The notes beneath the pieces are model-generated. The model was not told where the DNA came from, did no database searches, and was given only the letters and a program-made list of their open reading frames with translations. Shown here piece by piece: positions 39,501 to 53,100 of a stretch of 64,000 nt of DNA. This DNA comes from Lingula anatina (Eukaryota > Animalia > Brachiopoda), in NCBI GenBank assembly GCA_051362555.1, contig CM120640.1:4278001-4342000 (forward strand). Reading direction: 5' to 3'. The translations under genes and the position numbers were made by a program. Positions within the stretch are counted from its first letter, which is position 1, and each line of letters opens with the position of its first letter.

Positions 39501-40696
39501 AAATTTTAAGCTGTTTCTGTGGTTTGAAATGTATCAAAATTATAAAAGTTTATTTTCAAATTTCAGGTGAATGTCAAGGCTTCAATTTCATTAACTTGCC
39601 TTTAGAACACTCGAGTTTTGGTGATCAATCACATTCAGAAATAAGGAGCGATGAAAACTGATTCCATATTATTTGAAGAAAGTTAGTTATACAATATCAC
39701 TGAGCTTATTACAAAATTCAGAAGCAAATCTTCAATGAATTCTTAACTGCAATTCCAGAAATTAAAAAAAATCTAGCCCTCCTCATAACAAAGAGCTATT
39801 TTCATCTTACCAGCACAGGGATGCTTGAATTTTCAGTTGCCTAGTGTCAGATGTAGTATAGACAGACACCGAAAGTGTTATCAATAAAGGTAGAGAAAAA
39901 TCAACTCTGAATAACTTCAATGTGTGAAACCTTGCAGCATTTTTCAAATCTTAAATGACAGACCTGTATTGTCATTAAAATGGTTAAGTGATTTTTATAA
40001 TAATTCATAAAATAATAAAAAGCATTTTATGACTATTCAAGATGGGTGCCTACTTGAACACAGAAGTAGTTTTTTGCATTTCTTTGATGTAATCTTGCCT
40101 GGTATCACATCATTGTTGAAAACGTCCTGGTAATGCTGCTTCCTTATGACTCAAATGAAAAGTGCAACTCTTCCTTGTATTTCAGTGCCTTCATCCAAGT
40201 GCAAATGTACCAATCTTACAACATGACGAAGTAACATTTCTGTTAAAATCACATAATTTTGGGCAGATTGGACACTTGGGTAATTTGACAAAAGTAAGAT
40301 CTCCATGTGAACTTTTTGGTGATAATCCAAGAATTATAAACTCTATTAATCTCAATGTATACCTTAATCTTATTCAATAAGGTCCCTTAATAGCATTACA
40401 TAACAAAGAAATTATGTAAAGAAAACACAGAAAAAATATAAAAACAAAATTGAATAGAGATGTTAAAAAACTTGATGCACAGAAGCGGAGGGGATTGTCA
40501 AATCAAGTATCGTTTGGCCAAAATATTGTCTACCAACCTCTGCACCACGTATTTCTTGCTGCGTGATTTCCTCTGTAGTTGCACATTGTGTTCTAAGACC
40601 ACGCAAATGTTTCGCCGTGTAGTCGATCATACTCTGTGCAATAGAACAAGTCCTCTCTGCCCTTTTGATAGGGTCTTCTTCACTGACTGAAGACAT
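24564..40696 (-). CDS. KSR: Kinase suppressor of Ras (about 20 coding exons)
   Basis: ATG at 40696. N-terminal CC-SAM region ([34 protein letters not shown]; [14 protein letters not shown]), Pro-rich [16 protein letters not shown]1 domain (CDYC...GYKCKNCK; [13 protein letters not shown]), Ser/Pro-rich [15 protein letters not shown], and kinase domain ([60 protein letters not shown]). C-terminus [17 protein letters not shown]. Confidence 0.95.
27472..27515. repeat. (CA)n microsatellite
   Basis: Pure CA run in a KSR intron. Confidence 0.95.
27782..27805. repeat. (GA)n microsatellite
   Basis: Pure GA run in a KSR intron. Confidence 0.9.
36732..37285. mobile_element. 554-bp foldback/MITE with ~152-bp near-perfect TIRs in KSR intron 1
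   Basis: 36732-36883 (GAGCGGATTCTCAACGAATTGAGCCAGG...AAATCTCGGCTCC) is the reverse complement of 37133-37285 with only about 2 differences. The spacer is ~250 bp, and the element is CpG-rich against an AT-rich background. Confidence 0.93.
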
Positions 40697-41112
40697 CACG
40701 TAATCTTTTCAGCATCAAAGTGTATCTTCCACATACATCATACCATGCATCGTATTTTGCTGTTTGCAAACTCAGATTTACGCCGTCTATTTTGGTAAAC
40801 ATTAGTCATATTTTCCTTGGGAGTGAATCAACACATCGGCCATATTGTGTTTTTCTTCTCGTACAATATGCGCGAAAAAGCGAGACTAAAAAAAATCCCC
40901 TTGGTTAAATCTAAAAATGGAAATTTAGTATGATTAAATTGTTATTTGCTTTCATGTTTGAATGATCATGACTTTCTCATAATAATTCTTTACAGTTTCT
41001 GTAGCTAAAACACGTGTAATATCCTTTTAACTACATTTACAATTATATCAAAACAATTTTGTTAATAACATTCCATGTTTCCTACGTTATCGTTCCCGCG
41101 AAATTTACGACG

Positions 41113-44100
41113 ATGGCTGGGAGAGACCGAATAAGTGCGAATCTTCCATGGTAAGAAGCAAGGAACACGTGAATAAGAACGTGAAAGTGGAGCAAAAGGC
41201 TCTTGTTAGTTAACAGCACCAAACAGAAAGCAGTTTAACTTATTGCCGCTGCTCTTCTCGTTCTGCGACTATTGTAACTGCATGTACTTCAGCTGCTCCA
41301 GCCACTTTACTGTTTGAACTACTGGTATTTGGCCTAGGCTCTACTCTAGGTTCAACCTGACTGGAAGTTCCAACATGTCAAATATTAAGCAGCGATTGTA
41401 TTGCTAAATTGTTAAAAGAATGCAGAACGATTGCTATTTTGCTGTTTAGATTAAGCATATAGCCATTATAACGATACGAACTAGTCTGAGTGATGTTTGT
41501 TTTGAAATAATTAATGCTTATGTCATGAAATCAAGATGATTATGATAATGGATTTACTTAGCATACCGTAATGCATGTTAAATACATTTGTTTGCCCTCT
41601 TTTATAATACATAAAATTTGAATTTATTACTTGTTACTTGTATGTAGATATATCAAATGTATCTACATGCAACATACATGTATATAAGTATTGATAAATT
41701 ATAACATATGTATGTTGGTGCATTTTGACTGTTTAATTACAGGGTTGAAAAATACAGACCAAAGCAGCTAGATGATCTGATTTCACATAAGGATATAATT
41801 TCTACCAGTGAGTATTTTACTTGACTAGATGAAACTAAGTTTAGGATTTATCAAGCTTATTGAATAATCTGGCATCATCAGTTAATTGTTTATTAACCCA
41901 TTACAGTGACGTCATATTTGCTCCGTAACACTCGTCCAGCGGCCATTCTGGAGGGAAAGAACGACGGGGAATAGTAGCGTAAATATAGGTGAACCAAATA
42001 AAATGAAATAATCTTCATATCGTGATCAAGTACACCAAAAGGAAAATAGTATATACATGTGAGAACTTCAGCTGATCAGCGTGATCGACCCATATTAACT
42101 CAAGACAGTCCAAAGACGTGAAATCCTGACCTACCCCTGTATCCCAACATCGTGGAATGTTGTCAGAAGCTAGTTCAGTTATCTTGTACTTCATTTTTCT
42201 TGTTCATTGGGTAATAAAAGTTATAGTTTTAGAGTTTACTGTGTAATCATAAGTTCAACCTTTCATAGAAGCACCTTTGTACATAAAGGATAGATATAAG
42301 GAGAAATTTGAGCTGACTATCGGGATCAACCCTTACGGACTCAAAGAAGACAGTATGCAGGGTTGTGACAAGAAATATTGCTGTCAGATATGATTTAACT
42401 GTACATCATGAAGCTGTCAGAAATTATTTCAGCATTCTTGTGCTTCATTTTGGTTCATTAGGAAGTATTTGTAACATGACTGTTGTTTGAGAGTTCAATA
42501 TTTTACCATGAATTCAATCATTCACAGTAGCAACATTGTTAGCATTTTATTATTAGTCCAGACCTTCACAGAAGCAATGTATTTTTCAAACTTATGACAT
42601 TCAATGTAACATAACAACAAGTCAGTTCATGAATTGATCTTTATTTGATTGAAAATATAGAAAATGCACATTTTGTATGGATAAAAGTAAACATAAAATG
42701 CAAAACACTGTTGCACAATTCAATGACAGATTATCAGGGTCCCTTTCCTTTTGGTTGATAACACTGACATGAAAAATATTTCCATACTTTTAATGATGCA
42801 ATGCAACATGTACATAAGCATATCAAGTCGAATCAAGCCACCATAATTTGAGAAACCTGTTTAGTATATTTTTAATCTATGTCTAGAGAAATGCTTGATT
42901 GAAGACTCACAACTGATATGTGGTGTGTGGGTATGTACATATAAGGCCTTAGATGGTGTTACTAAGCAGTTTGTAATTTTATTTAGGAGAATTCCTCAAC
43001 TGGTGGTCACAATTTAAAAATGCACAACCTACATGTACAACAGCCATCTGTTTCTGCATATCAGACCATCTGTGGGAGGTGCACCATACAAAATTTTATA
43101 TTTCTTGCAAACTTTTCCATTTAGCCTTTAAAAATATGAGAAAGAAAAAAAGTGTTTTCATTTCTTCTTGTGCTTCTGCTCACAATTCTAAATAAATAGA
43201 AAACCTGTCCTTGTTGTATGCAAGCTATCAGGATAACAACTTTAAAACAATAAATGAACAATTAAATAAATAAACAAATCCAATTAAATAACTCCTGTCA
43301 TGCACTGAATTTCACTCTCCTGATGTTCAGATCCTGTCTCCTCAGCTGGTCACAAAGATATAAGAATATTTTTCGCTGCTTCTACCTTGTGTGCCATCTA
43401 GCTGCCTTTTGTACCTGTCACCTTTTTTTTTTTTTTTTTTTTTTTTTTGATAACCAAGATTTATTTGCACCCAATCATTCAGTGTGGCTTGGCGGGAAAA
43501 TGTCAGATCAATTTCCTAAATGTAAATTAACAAAAAAAGGTAACAATAGTTATTTTTATTCATATTGTAACTTGCATCATAATACAGTAGGAAAACACAG
43601 AATTCAACATTTTTCAAATTCATTTCATTAAGTTCATTCAGTTAAATGGTACCTGAGCTAGAATATATACTTACAAACCAGATTTACTCTTAACACTACA
43701 CTAAATCTAAAATCAAGCCACTAACTTCCAAATACACATGACACAGGTAATTGATTTAATTGGCCCAGCTGAGCTGTGTACATTGTACTGTAGCCTTGAC
43801 ACTAATTGACAATAATGCTAACCAGGTATTAAAGAGGTAGATGACAGCAGATAAAATCCAAAGAGCACCATAACTGATAACAAATTACACCCAAGGCAAT
43901 AAGTGAGTCTTCATAATGAAAGTCGAAACCCTGCCTGAGCATTTCCACACGTTTTTACAACACACTCTCCACCAAGACTTTTTGGGCACTACTAATATGC
44001 AGTGTACGTGCGCTCATATCTTATACACCTCGGTCATTGGTTTTCTACTTTTTTCTTTTATGGTAAAGGCTGCACAGCTGGGTCTTCATTCTTTGCTGTA

Positions 44101-47100
44101 AAATAAATTAGTTTTATCCTTTACTTGTCCGATGAGTCGATTCAAAGCCACTCCTCAGTCTCTCCTCCGTTTACGGTTTTCGTCCCTACACCTTGGATTG
44201 TTACCACTGCAGGCAGTCTGTGAACGCTTGTTAAGTTATTTATCTTCTCTCTATCATATACCCTGCAGTAATTCATCATTTTACTTGGTTTAATATCAAA
44301 GAAAACACAGAAATTAAATGCTAAATTGTACATGTAGACATGATCATGCGCAGCAGATGATTCCGGTCTCCCTCCAGTATGGCTGCCGTTTGTTTTGATG
44401 ACGAGGGCTACAATGGGTTAATAGTAACTCCGGATTAAGTGGCTTTTTCTACTCTGTAGAAAAAAAATTGAGAACTTGTAAAAATGTGGGTTTTCTCGCA
44501 TTGTCCATTTTTCTGCTTTTTGAAATGATGAGCCCTAATACAAAAACATTAATTTTTTTGAACATTTTAAAATGGAGCAATCAAGTCATCCTGTGCAAGA
44601 ACTTAATTTTAGATGGCCAATTCTTGTTTCAGTTAACAAGTTTGTTGTGGAAGACAGACTGCCACATCTGTTGTTCTATGGTCCACCTGGGACTGGGAAA
44701 ACAAGTACTATTCTTGCAGTGGCAAAGCAGTTATACTCTCCAAAAGAATTTAACTCCATGGTTTTGGAGGTATGATAAATGCCCTTCACACATCTGAATG
44801 TGAGTGCTCATGTGTGTTTGTATCTGTGTGTGTGTGTGTGGAGGGGGGGGGGGGGAGGGGTTCATAATGCCTTGCAATATGTGCAAATTGTCAACATATT
44901 TTCCCACATGAAGAAATAATAATTTGTACTTAATATACATGTGTATTATAATAGTATTTTTGATAGACAAATTGTATGTGATAGTTATGGAAATGTTAAA
45001 CAGGTTTTCTTTGTGGTATTAAGCTCAATGCATCAGATGACAGAGGAATTGGTATAGTGAGAGGGCAGATCCTGAGTTTTGCAAGTACAAGAACGATTTT
45101 TAAGTAAGTTGCATTTTTGTAAAAATAGTTGTCATTTTATATGATAAAATAAAGATGAAAATATAACATCAACTGGAAGGTTATTAAAAGTGTAATGAGT
45201 AGTTGGCCATGATTAGTTAAGGCTATAATAATTCTGATAAAAAAGACAGTAGTACAGAACTTTCCAATCACTTACTATGATGTGCAAAATAAAAAAATTC
45301 ATAAGTAAATTAAAAATAACTGAAGTTAAAAAAAAAAAGAAAAACATAATGAGATAATAGTGCAAAATATACAGGAAAAAAGGTATGAGCATCAACTTTT
45401 ACATTTATTGTTGTGAACAATATAAATTTTCAGAAAAGGGTTTAAGTTGGTCATCCTGGATGAAGCAGATGCTATGACACGTGATGCTCAGAATGCACTC
45501 AGGAGAGGTAGGTACAACCAAACAACTCCCAGCTGACTTGGGACAACTAATATCATTGCAAGATTACTGATAGTCAACACAATGCCTGTTTATTTAAGTA
45601 CTTTTTCCTAATGAGTGGTATACTTATTGATACAGTCTGTACTGGTACACCTTTAGAGACCCTAACATGTAACTACTCTACAGTGGGTTTTAATTGCTTT
45701 CATGTTTGCTTCATAATGGTTGGGGGCAAGTTGACAAATTGGATGTGTCACGTAGTGGGCGTAATAGTCGGACTCTTTTAAGTTGCCAATCTCTAAAGGT
45801 GCACCAATTCAGACTGCATCACCAAAGTAATCTGCTTGGTGTGAAAAAGACCTTAGTTTATAAAAAATAGTGCATTTGTTTCTAACATATGTTGAGCAGC
45901 TAATTACAGAAGATTTTGCCTTTCTTCATTAAGGTAAGTTGAGAATATTGCTGGATTTTAAAGAAATTTTAAAGTTGACCTGGTTGCAGGACTTGTAAAA
46001 ATGTTTTTTTGGTACAGCCACCTTTGTGCATTTCTCAGTATATGACTGCATCAAAAATTTCTTTTTTTACAGTTATTGAAAAGTTTACAGAAAACACAAG
46101 GTTTTGTTTGATCTGCAATTATCTGTCAAAGATCATTCCTGCACTGCAGTCCCGCTGCACCAGGTTTAGATTTGGTCCTCTCACTCCTGAACAGATGCTG
46201 CCAAGATTGGAACATGTCATACAGGAGGAGAAGTAAGTCCAAGAATTTATCATTGTTTTTTCTCTGCAAAAAAAAGGGGGGGGGGGATGGGGGGGGGGGG
46301 GAGGGGAATAAAACAGTTTCACATGATTCAAAGATTCTGTTTTTTTTTTTTTGCTAAAATTTAATCTTTTTAGCTATTCACAAAATTAAATGTTGACAAC
46401 TCAAAAGACCTTTCAAAAATAAATTATTGGCAACTTGATCACTGCAAAACCAATAGACAATTGCCAATGAATAACTTGGGATTGTGTGAGGATAGTAATC
46501 TAAATATTGTCTCATCTACCACATTTGATGTGCTTTCAGAGTAAATGTTTCTGAAGATGGTCGCAAAGCTTTAGTAACATTAGCAAATGGTGACATGAGG
46601 AAGGCTTTGAATATTCTGCAGGTAATGCTCTATTTTCCATTACTGGCATGTCAGGTATACAGGCTTATAGCAGGTGAAAAGTTTTTAACACTGATGAACA
46701 TATAATACATATCATAGAACTTTTAAATTGTTGGAAATTGCAAGTACACGGTACGCGTAAGAATAAATTAGGAATTGGTTGTACAAAGAATAGTATGGGA
46801 GGAATTGAATTTTATATTTTATGCATATTTCCAGAGTACTCACATGGGCCATGAAGAAGTGACAGAAGACAATGTATATACATGTGTTGGACATCCTCTA
46901 AGGCAAGACATTGAAAATATTGTCAATTGGATGCTGAATGAAGACTTTACTACAGCTTACAATAGTATCCTTGATGATAGTCACATGTTGGACCAGTTCT
47001 GTATTAGAAAGACAGGGCTTGACATTAAAGGTGGCCCACTGGCCCTGGGCCACTGAAAACCAACCTAGGGCCATTGAATTGATGGAGTCACTGGCCCAAA

Positions 47101-48048
47101 GGCCAAAGAGCAAGTAAAATGTCATGTGTCAAATCATCCTTGCAGGCCAGTATCGGCCAGTATCGTAAAAAGTTGGTGTCAAGCCCTGAAAGATTTTGTA
47201 TGTTTCCTAAAGATGCTAATTTTTCTTTACTATATTAGCAGTAAGTTCTTTTAAACAGCACTATGGATTTTAATATTTTGTAGCTATATGACTTGTAACA
47301 TGGGGAATTTATTACTGTTTAATGTAGAATGCTGCAAATACTCAATATTTTCTTATTTTCTTAACTTCACACAGATATTTTAAATTTGAAGACCTTGAAA
47401 GGGCTAGCTTTACAAGATATTTTATTTGAAGTTCATACCTATGTACACAGAAGTAAGTAGTCAGTTGAATTGTTTAACACAAACATTACCTCACCCCCCC
47501 CTTTCAGAATATGTACTGGTTTCTGTCCAAAATAAAGCATTGTTTCTATTGGTAATAGTAAGACATCTGTTTTAAATCTTTTGAATTGTAAATTTTAGCC
47601 TGACTAGTTGCTCTTTAGGTCTGCTGGTTTGGCTAATCAAATAATGGTATATCTAATATAGCTTTATTTTGTCCAATTTCTTGCAGTTGACTTTCCTATT
47701 CATGTGAGAATACACCTTTTGGAGAAAATGGCTGATGTGGAGTGAGTATAAAATTTTTACTTTTATTTTAAGAGCTATACAAATTGTATTGGGAAAATGC
47801 CTTTATTATAATTTGATATGTAATTGAAATTCTGATCAAGCCTTTTAGAATTTTTACTAAGAGAAACATGTTTGAGAATTTCATTCTTTTAAGGATGTCA
47901 TCCCATGCAAGTTATTTAATGTAATTAAACAGCGCCATTCTATTACAGGTTTCGCCTTACATCTGGTACCAATGAAAAGTTACAGCTGAGTTCTCTTATT
48001 GCTGCATTTCAAGTTGCTAGGGACTTAATAGTGGATGAAGCAAAATAA
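41113..48048 (+). CDS. RFC5: Replication factor C subunit 5 (11 exons)
   Basis: Exons 41113-41150 (NLPW), 41743-41807 (VEKYRP), 44633-44769 ([17 protein letters not shown]), 45024-45103 (LNASDDRGI), 45434-45507 ([17 protein letters not shown]), 46073-46232 ([11 protein letters not shown]), 46540-46621 ([11 protein letters not shown]), 46835-46964, 47375-47452 ([12 protein letters not shown]), 47687-47741, 47949-48048. Confidence 0.96.
41897..44417. mobile_element. ~2.5-kb non-autonomous piggyBac-like element in RFC5 intron 2
   Basis: TTAA|CCCATTACAG...CGTCAT at the left and ATGACG...CTACAATGGG|TTAA at the right. TTAA TSDs with CCC/GGG ends are the piggyBac hallmark. No intact transposase ORF is present. 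Confidence 0.7.
45633..45816. mobile_element. 184-bp MITE with ~27-bp TIRs, TA-type target (Tc1/mariner-like)
   Basis: TA|CAGTCTGTACTGGTACACCTTTAGAGA...TCTCTAAAGGTGCACCAATTCAGACTG|CA. Confidence 0.75.
46965..47374 (+). other. U12-type (minor spliceosome) GT-AG intron in RFC5
   Basis: 5' site GTATCCTT. Branch point TTCTTAAC at 47358-47365, about 9 nt before the AG. The frame is restored across the junction ([14 protein letters not shown]). Confidence 0.88.
47013..47188. mobile_element. 176-bp MITE with CAGGGCTTGACA TIRs and 5-bp TSD AAAGA (hAT5-like)
   Basis: AAAGA|CAGGGCTTGACA...TGTCAAGCCCTG|AAAGA, with internal repeated CTGGCCC/GGCCAG motifs. Confidence 0.87.
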
Positions 48049-50163
48049 AGTGATCTAATAGCCTAAAAAATGAAATAAGATGATAAAAAGGACAACTTGG
48101 GCCCATTTAGTGATACGAACATTTTAACGTCACTGTACCTTTCTGACTGGAACTCTTGAACAGAGCTCTGATAGTCAAATGCCTAGTTGCTGGGGTATTA
48201 ACAAAGACTTCCTGGTAATTTAACTTCATTTATGGATGAATTGGAATTATGGAACTCTAACATTTCGAGCAATATTTCTTTAATAAAGTTAAACGTGTAA
48301 CAAATGTCAACTTCTTTATAATGGAAAAATATATGAACAAATTTTCATTAAGTTTTATGATTAAATACGTGAAGCAACTTTTAGAGAAGCCTGCACATGA
48401 AACTTGATCGTAACGAAACTGATGGATGGTCCATGTTGGCCTTGTTTATTTGGTCACAATATGGAGGTTTTCCTTAACCAAAATATTCTTTAAGGAACCT
48501 TGGATTTCCTTGTTTACCCTTTATTTGGTTTACACATTTTTAAGGACGGTCCATTGGGTCAACCAGAAACTTCAGGACTGTTTGGCAGACATGACATTTC
48601 AAAAACTAAAATTGTTTTATACTTTCCCACCATAAAGGATATAGGTGCAAAAGGTATCTACCTATTTCTAAAAAGTTATTAAGTGACCCAATTAAAAAGA
48701 GAAATTCACATGTGAGTAATTTTTAAGATTAAAGGGTTACTGTTCCGTTTGCCTCTTCACTTGTACAAATTCCTTAAAAAATATGAAAAAAACGCATGGA
48801 ACAGGAGCAGGTAAATACAAACCTAGCCTCTGAAAGACGTTTTGTTTCAACTCCTAATTTTAATGGGGACTGCTCTTCAGCTGGTTTCCAAAATTCTTTT
48901 TGCAGTTGTTTTGGTGGATAACATTTTGACATTTTTGTTTACTTATGAATCTTTTTCTCAACCATAATAAGGTGTAAAGAATCGGCTTTTTCACAAACCC
49001 TAAATAACTCGAGCCAATAACAACACAAATGCCTTGGTTTAAAAATTTTATTCTTTTAATACATGATTGTACACGGGATGTTTAAAATGTTTAACTTCTT
49101 AAAATAAAATTTTGATACTGCATGCCTAACACTTGTGCTCACAATTCTTACTCTAAGTCCATTGTAATACTTATTATGTTAAAGCATAGAATGGCACTTA
49201 TAAGAAGAATATTCTCCAGTCTGGAATTAAAAATAAAAACTTTCAGACAAATTGCAAATCCACATCAACTACGATGCACTGAAAAATACAATTTCCTTAT
49301 GACTCCCCACTGAAACCATCCTTTCACGAAACTTATCCTGTGAAAAAATTTGCAAAATATGACAAAGTCATACTAATTTGCCAAATTGATCATAAAAGTT
49401 TCCATGTTTTTACATGCACGAAAAAGTAACTTGTTAAATTTTCTGAATCAATGAAGGTAAATTAATGCCTATATTCTTGGTAATAAACTGTGTTTCCCTT
49501 TTACTATGTATTGTTAGAAATAAAATACAACTGTGCGTTATAACAATATAAAATAAAATGTAAAAATAGCATATGATTACTTATACCAAACTACAGCATT
49601 TCACTAGCCAACTGGCTATTAACAGTAAGTAAAAATGCTAGTAAAAATCCAGAAATGCTGCTCTTAGTTCTTAAAAACAAATACATCTGCAGAAAACTTT
49701 ACCTTATCATGTTAATTCAGGAGACAAAAAGAATGTAATAAATTGCATAAAAGTTTCACTTCATTTAACCCGACAGTCTTTCATGTAAAAAAAAAAACAT
49801 CTTAAAATAATACCAATAAATTGATTATCAAAGGCATTGATGCATGTGACCCTCAAAAAGGATGTTGCATATATTTTAAATATAATTTTTTGCACTGCTC
49901 TTCACTTTAAAAAGTCTGGATAATAACAGGAATTTAATAGGTAGTATGTATATTCATTTGAAAGTAGTAGTAGCAGTAGCAGTAGCAGTACTATATTCAG
50001 TTGAAAGCTTCTGGTTAACTTGGGAACAATATAAATGATTTCAAAAGAAGTATTAGCTAATATTAATATCACATTTAACAGCAAATTGCTTGGAATGATT
50101 ATTCAACTTGATATGGTACCCCATATATAAAAACAGACATTAACATTAACATTAATAAATTGT

Positions 50164-53100
50164 TTAAAAGAACTTTTTTAACAGCAAGTTTAAAGCTGAA
50201 ACTCCAATGCCACTTAAAACAGCAAGTTTGGTTCCCCCTGATGCTGCAGTCTCTTTATCAAATAGTGTCACATTCTGAACTGTGACATCTCCCTCGGAAA
50301 TTTGAACAGTTACCAGTGACTCGTTGGTCCCATGAGCAGTAACCTATTTAAAAGAAATAAGTCATAAATGTAAATATTAGGAGTGAACAATAGCTTAAAA
50401 TTTCAGATATATTATGGGTGTTCAACGCTTATTGTGCACCAAATGTTGGCTAAAAATGCTTGATGAATTTTTTTTGTTCCTGTTGTTTCGTAATACATGT
50501 ATCAAAAATACTTTTAAAAATGCTACACAGAGAATCATTACTTTTAAAATGGTAATAAATGAAGGTTCCATTTTACCATTCAAAACCAATTAGTTACCGA
50601 CCTGACAGCCAAGCAGAATAAGAATTAGGCATGCCCATTTTATATATTTTGAAAAAATACAACTTACTTTGAGATTATATGTGCCAGGGAGTAACAGTTT
50701 CCAATATTCTCCTAGTTGTGTTGTTTTCACTGGATGTATGCGGTCATCAATTGTCACCTCAGCACTGGGTATAGGGGTTCCAGTTCTGTCACGGACTATA
50801 CCTTTAACACCTAAAATCAAATAATTGGAAATGCTGCATTTAAAGAGATGTCTTTCCTCTGACACCTTGTTACACATTGTACTTTAATCACTTTCCTTTA
50901 TATCATAAATGTTTTCAGTCATGAAACCAGTTCATAAAAAATGTCTCGTTGTTTTAGTTGGGAATTACATCTATGCACATATTTTATGCATAAACTATTA
51001 ACCACAGCTTATAGAATATCTCTTACCCATGAATGCCTGCTGAAGGTAGATTATAAGAGGATTCTTATTTTGCTCCCAGTATGATTCTAACTGAGATGCC
51101 AAAGGATATTTACAGCAACTGATTTCAAGGGTGATTTCCATGCAACCTTTGTAGATGTAATTGTAGTCCTGCATTCCTCCTAACAGAAAAGGTGTCAAAT
51201 TTACAGCTTGAAAATTAAGTACAGTTTTAAGAAAATTTACATCTTCAAGGTGAAGATGTAAAATAAATAAATAAATAAATGAATAACTTGGAAAATGTGC
51301 AATTCTTCTACTATTGTACAACACTATTTTCACATATAATGTCTGAAAAAAATTAGTAGGATATAACTTTGCTATGGAAAATATAGATATTAGAAGAAAT
51401 AAAATTGTATTTCAGTTTCACTCAATAAACTAAAATAAATCATGAAAGAGTTTGACCAGATTTTCAGACCAATGACCTACCTGTGATAACATACCACTGT
51501 GCCCCATTGGTAATGCCCCTGAGAAAGCTATCCCCACACTCCTGTCCTCTGTGCATGGTGGGATGTGCAAGAGAGTAAGACAATGCAAGGACTTGAAAAA
51601 TGTCATCATCTGGGGACTTGGAATACTGGTTTATTCCTGGAATGATAACAGACTGTTTATTCTGTTTCTGAAAACAATTCTGAAAATATACCAGTACAGT
51701 TGGAAAACATGGCGAATTATCTGAATTGAGCATTGTATCGAGTCTTTTCTTGTATCATTTCCAAATGAAAGTGACAGTAAAATGTGGGAATAATCACAGC
51801 CAACCTTAAACACCAATTTGCTTTCACAATTTCACTGCCTACTCTTTAGGTGAAAGTACTATCTGGAGCATGTGCTCTTTAAAACAACAGGCAAATCAGT
51901 TTAAATAATTCAAGGCAGTGAAACTGTGAAAGCAAATTAAGTCACCCTAGTGTAATTGCATAGCAGAACTTCTCAAAACATATGCCAGTACATACAGCTG
52001 GAACACTAAGACATGATGGTAGCTGTTAATGGGGTTCAATATAGAGAAACTGAAAAGGAAATGGTCAGTGCCTGTTATCTCACCTTTAATGTTAGAGTCA
52101 TAGGGATAATTAGCTACAACTGCACCTCCGTGAAAGTTGGCTGACAAGACAAACTGGTTCTCATTTAACCAAGAGATGACAGCTTCTGTCTCTGGAGCTC
52201 TGGCCACATTGTTCTCTCTAAAGAAGTCAGGGAAGTTTCTGTGAAGATCAATGTCATCAGCATTATACCTAAAATGAAAAGTATTGGTGAAAAATAACGA
52301 GAGACTGGCAAATTACAAATTACTGAAATTTTGTAAAATAATTATCAAAAAGATGGGAGCCAATTTTTCCATCAGTTCCTTGAAGTAGTCCTGAAGTTTG
52401 TAAATATGTATATCATTTCTTTAAGCATTTTGGGGCCAATGTATTTCATCTAGTTACTTATCCATTAAGGTCATTTTATTAATAATTTTAATATGATTTT
52501 CTTACTTAAATACTCCTATTTAGAATTATGCAATATGATAATATAGGAATTCCAGCAAACAACTTGTAAGATAGAATGACTCCATTGTATACATGGCTAA
52601 CCTGCCCAGATCTCCTAAACACTGGCCTTCCTTTGAGATTTCAAACCCATCTGGATTCATGCTAGGCATAATGTGAATCCTAGCAGAAGTCATCAAGGCC
52701 TTTATGGTGCTGTTACTTTGGAAACTGGAGGCAAGATATTCAATAAGATGTATCAAGACTTCTCTGCTTACTGCCTGAAATAATGTTTTGTACATACTGT
52801 TAAACACAGATGCAAGAAAGCAAAATTTCAAGTAAGTCACAAAATGTAAATTTCCATGTATTTAATTCAGAAAAACTTGCTCTCAGCAAAAAAATATTAG
52901 TTGATTAATAGTAATAACTTATGACATATATAGAGAAGAAAAAAAACAAGAACTGCTTACTTGAAACCCACTAAAAAGTAACTGTAAATATAGTGACATT
53001 ACCTCATTTCCATGCATGTTTCCAATATATTTAAGTTCAGGTCTCAGCAAGACATGCTCTTTTGGGGACTGTCCTAATGCCATCACCCACAGTTCTCTTC

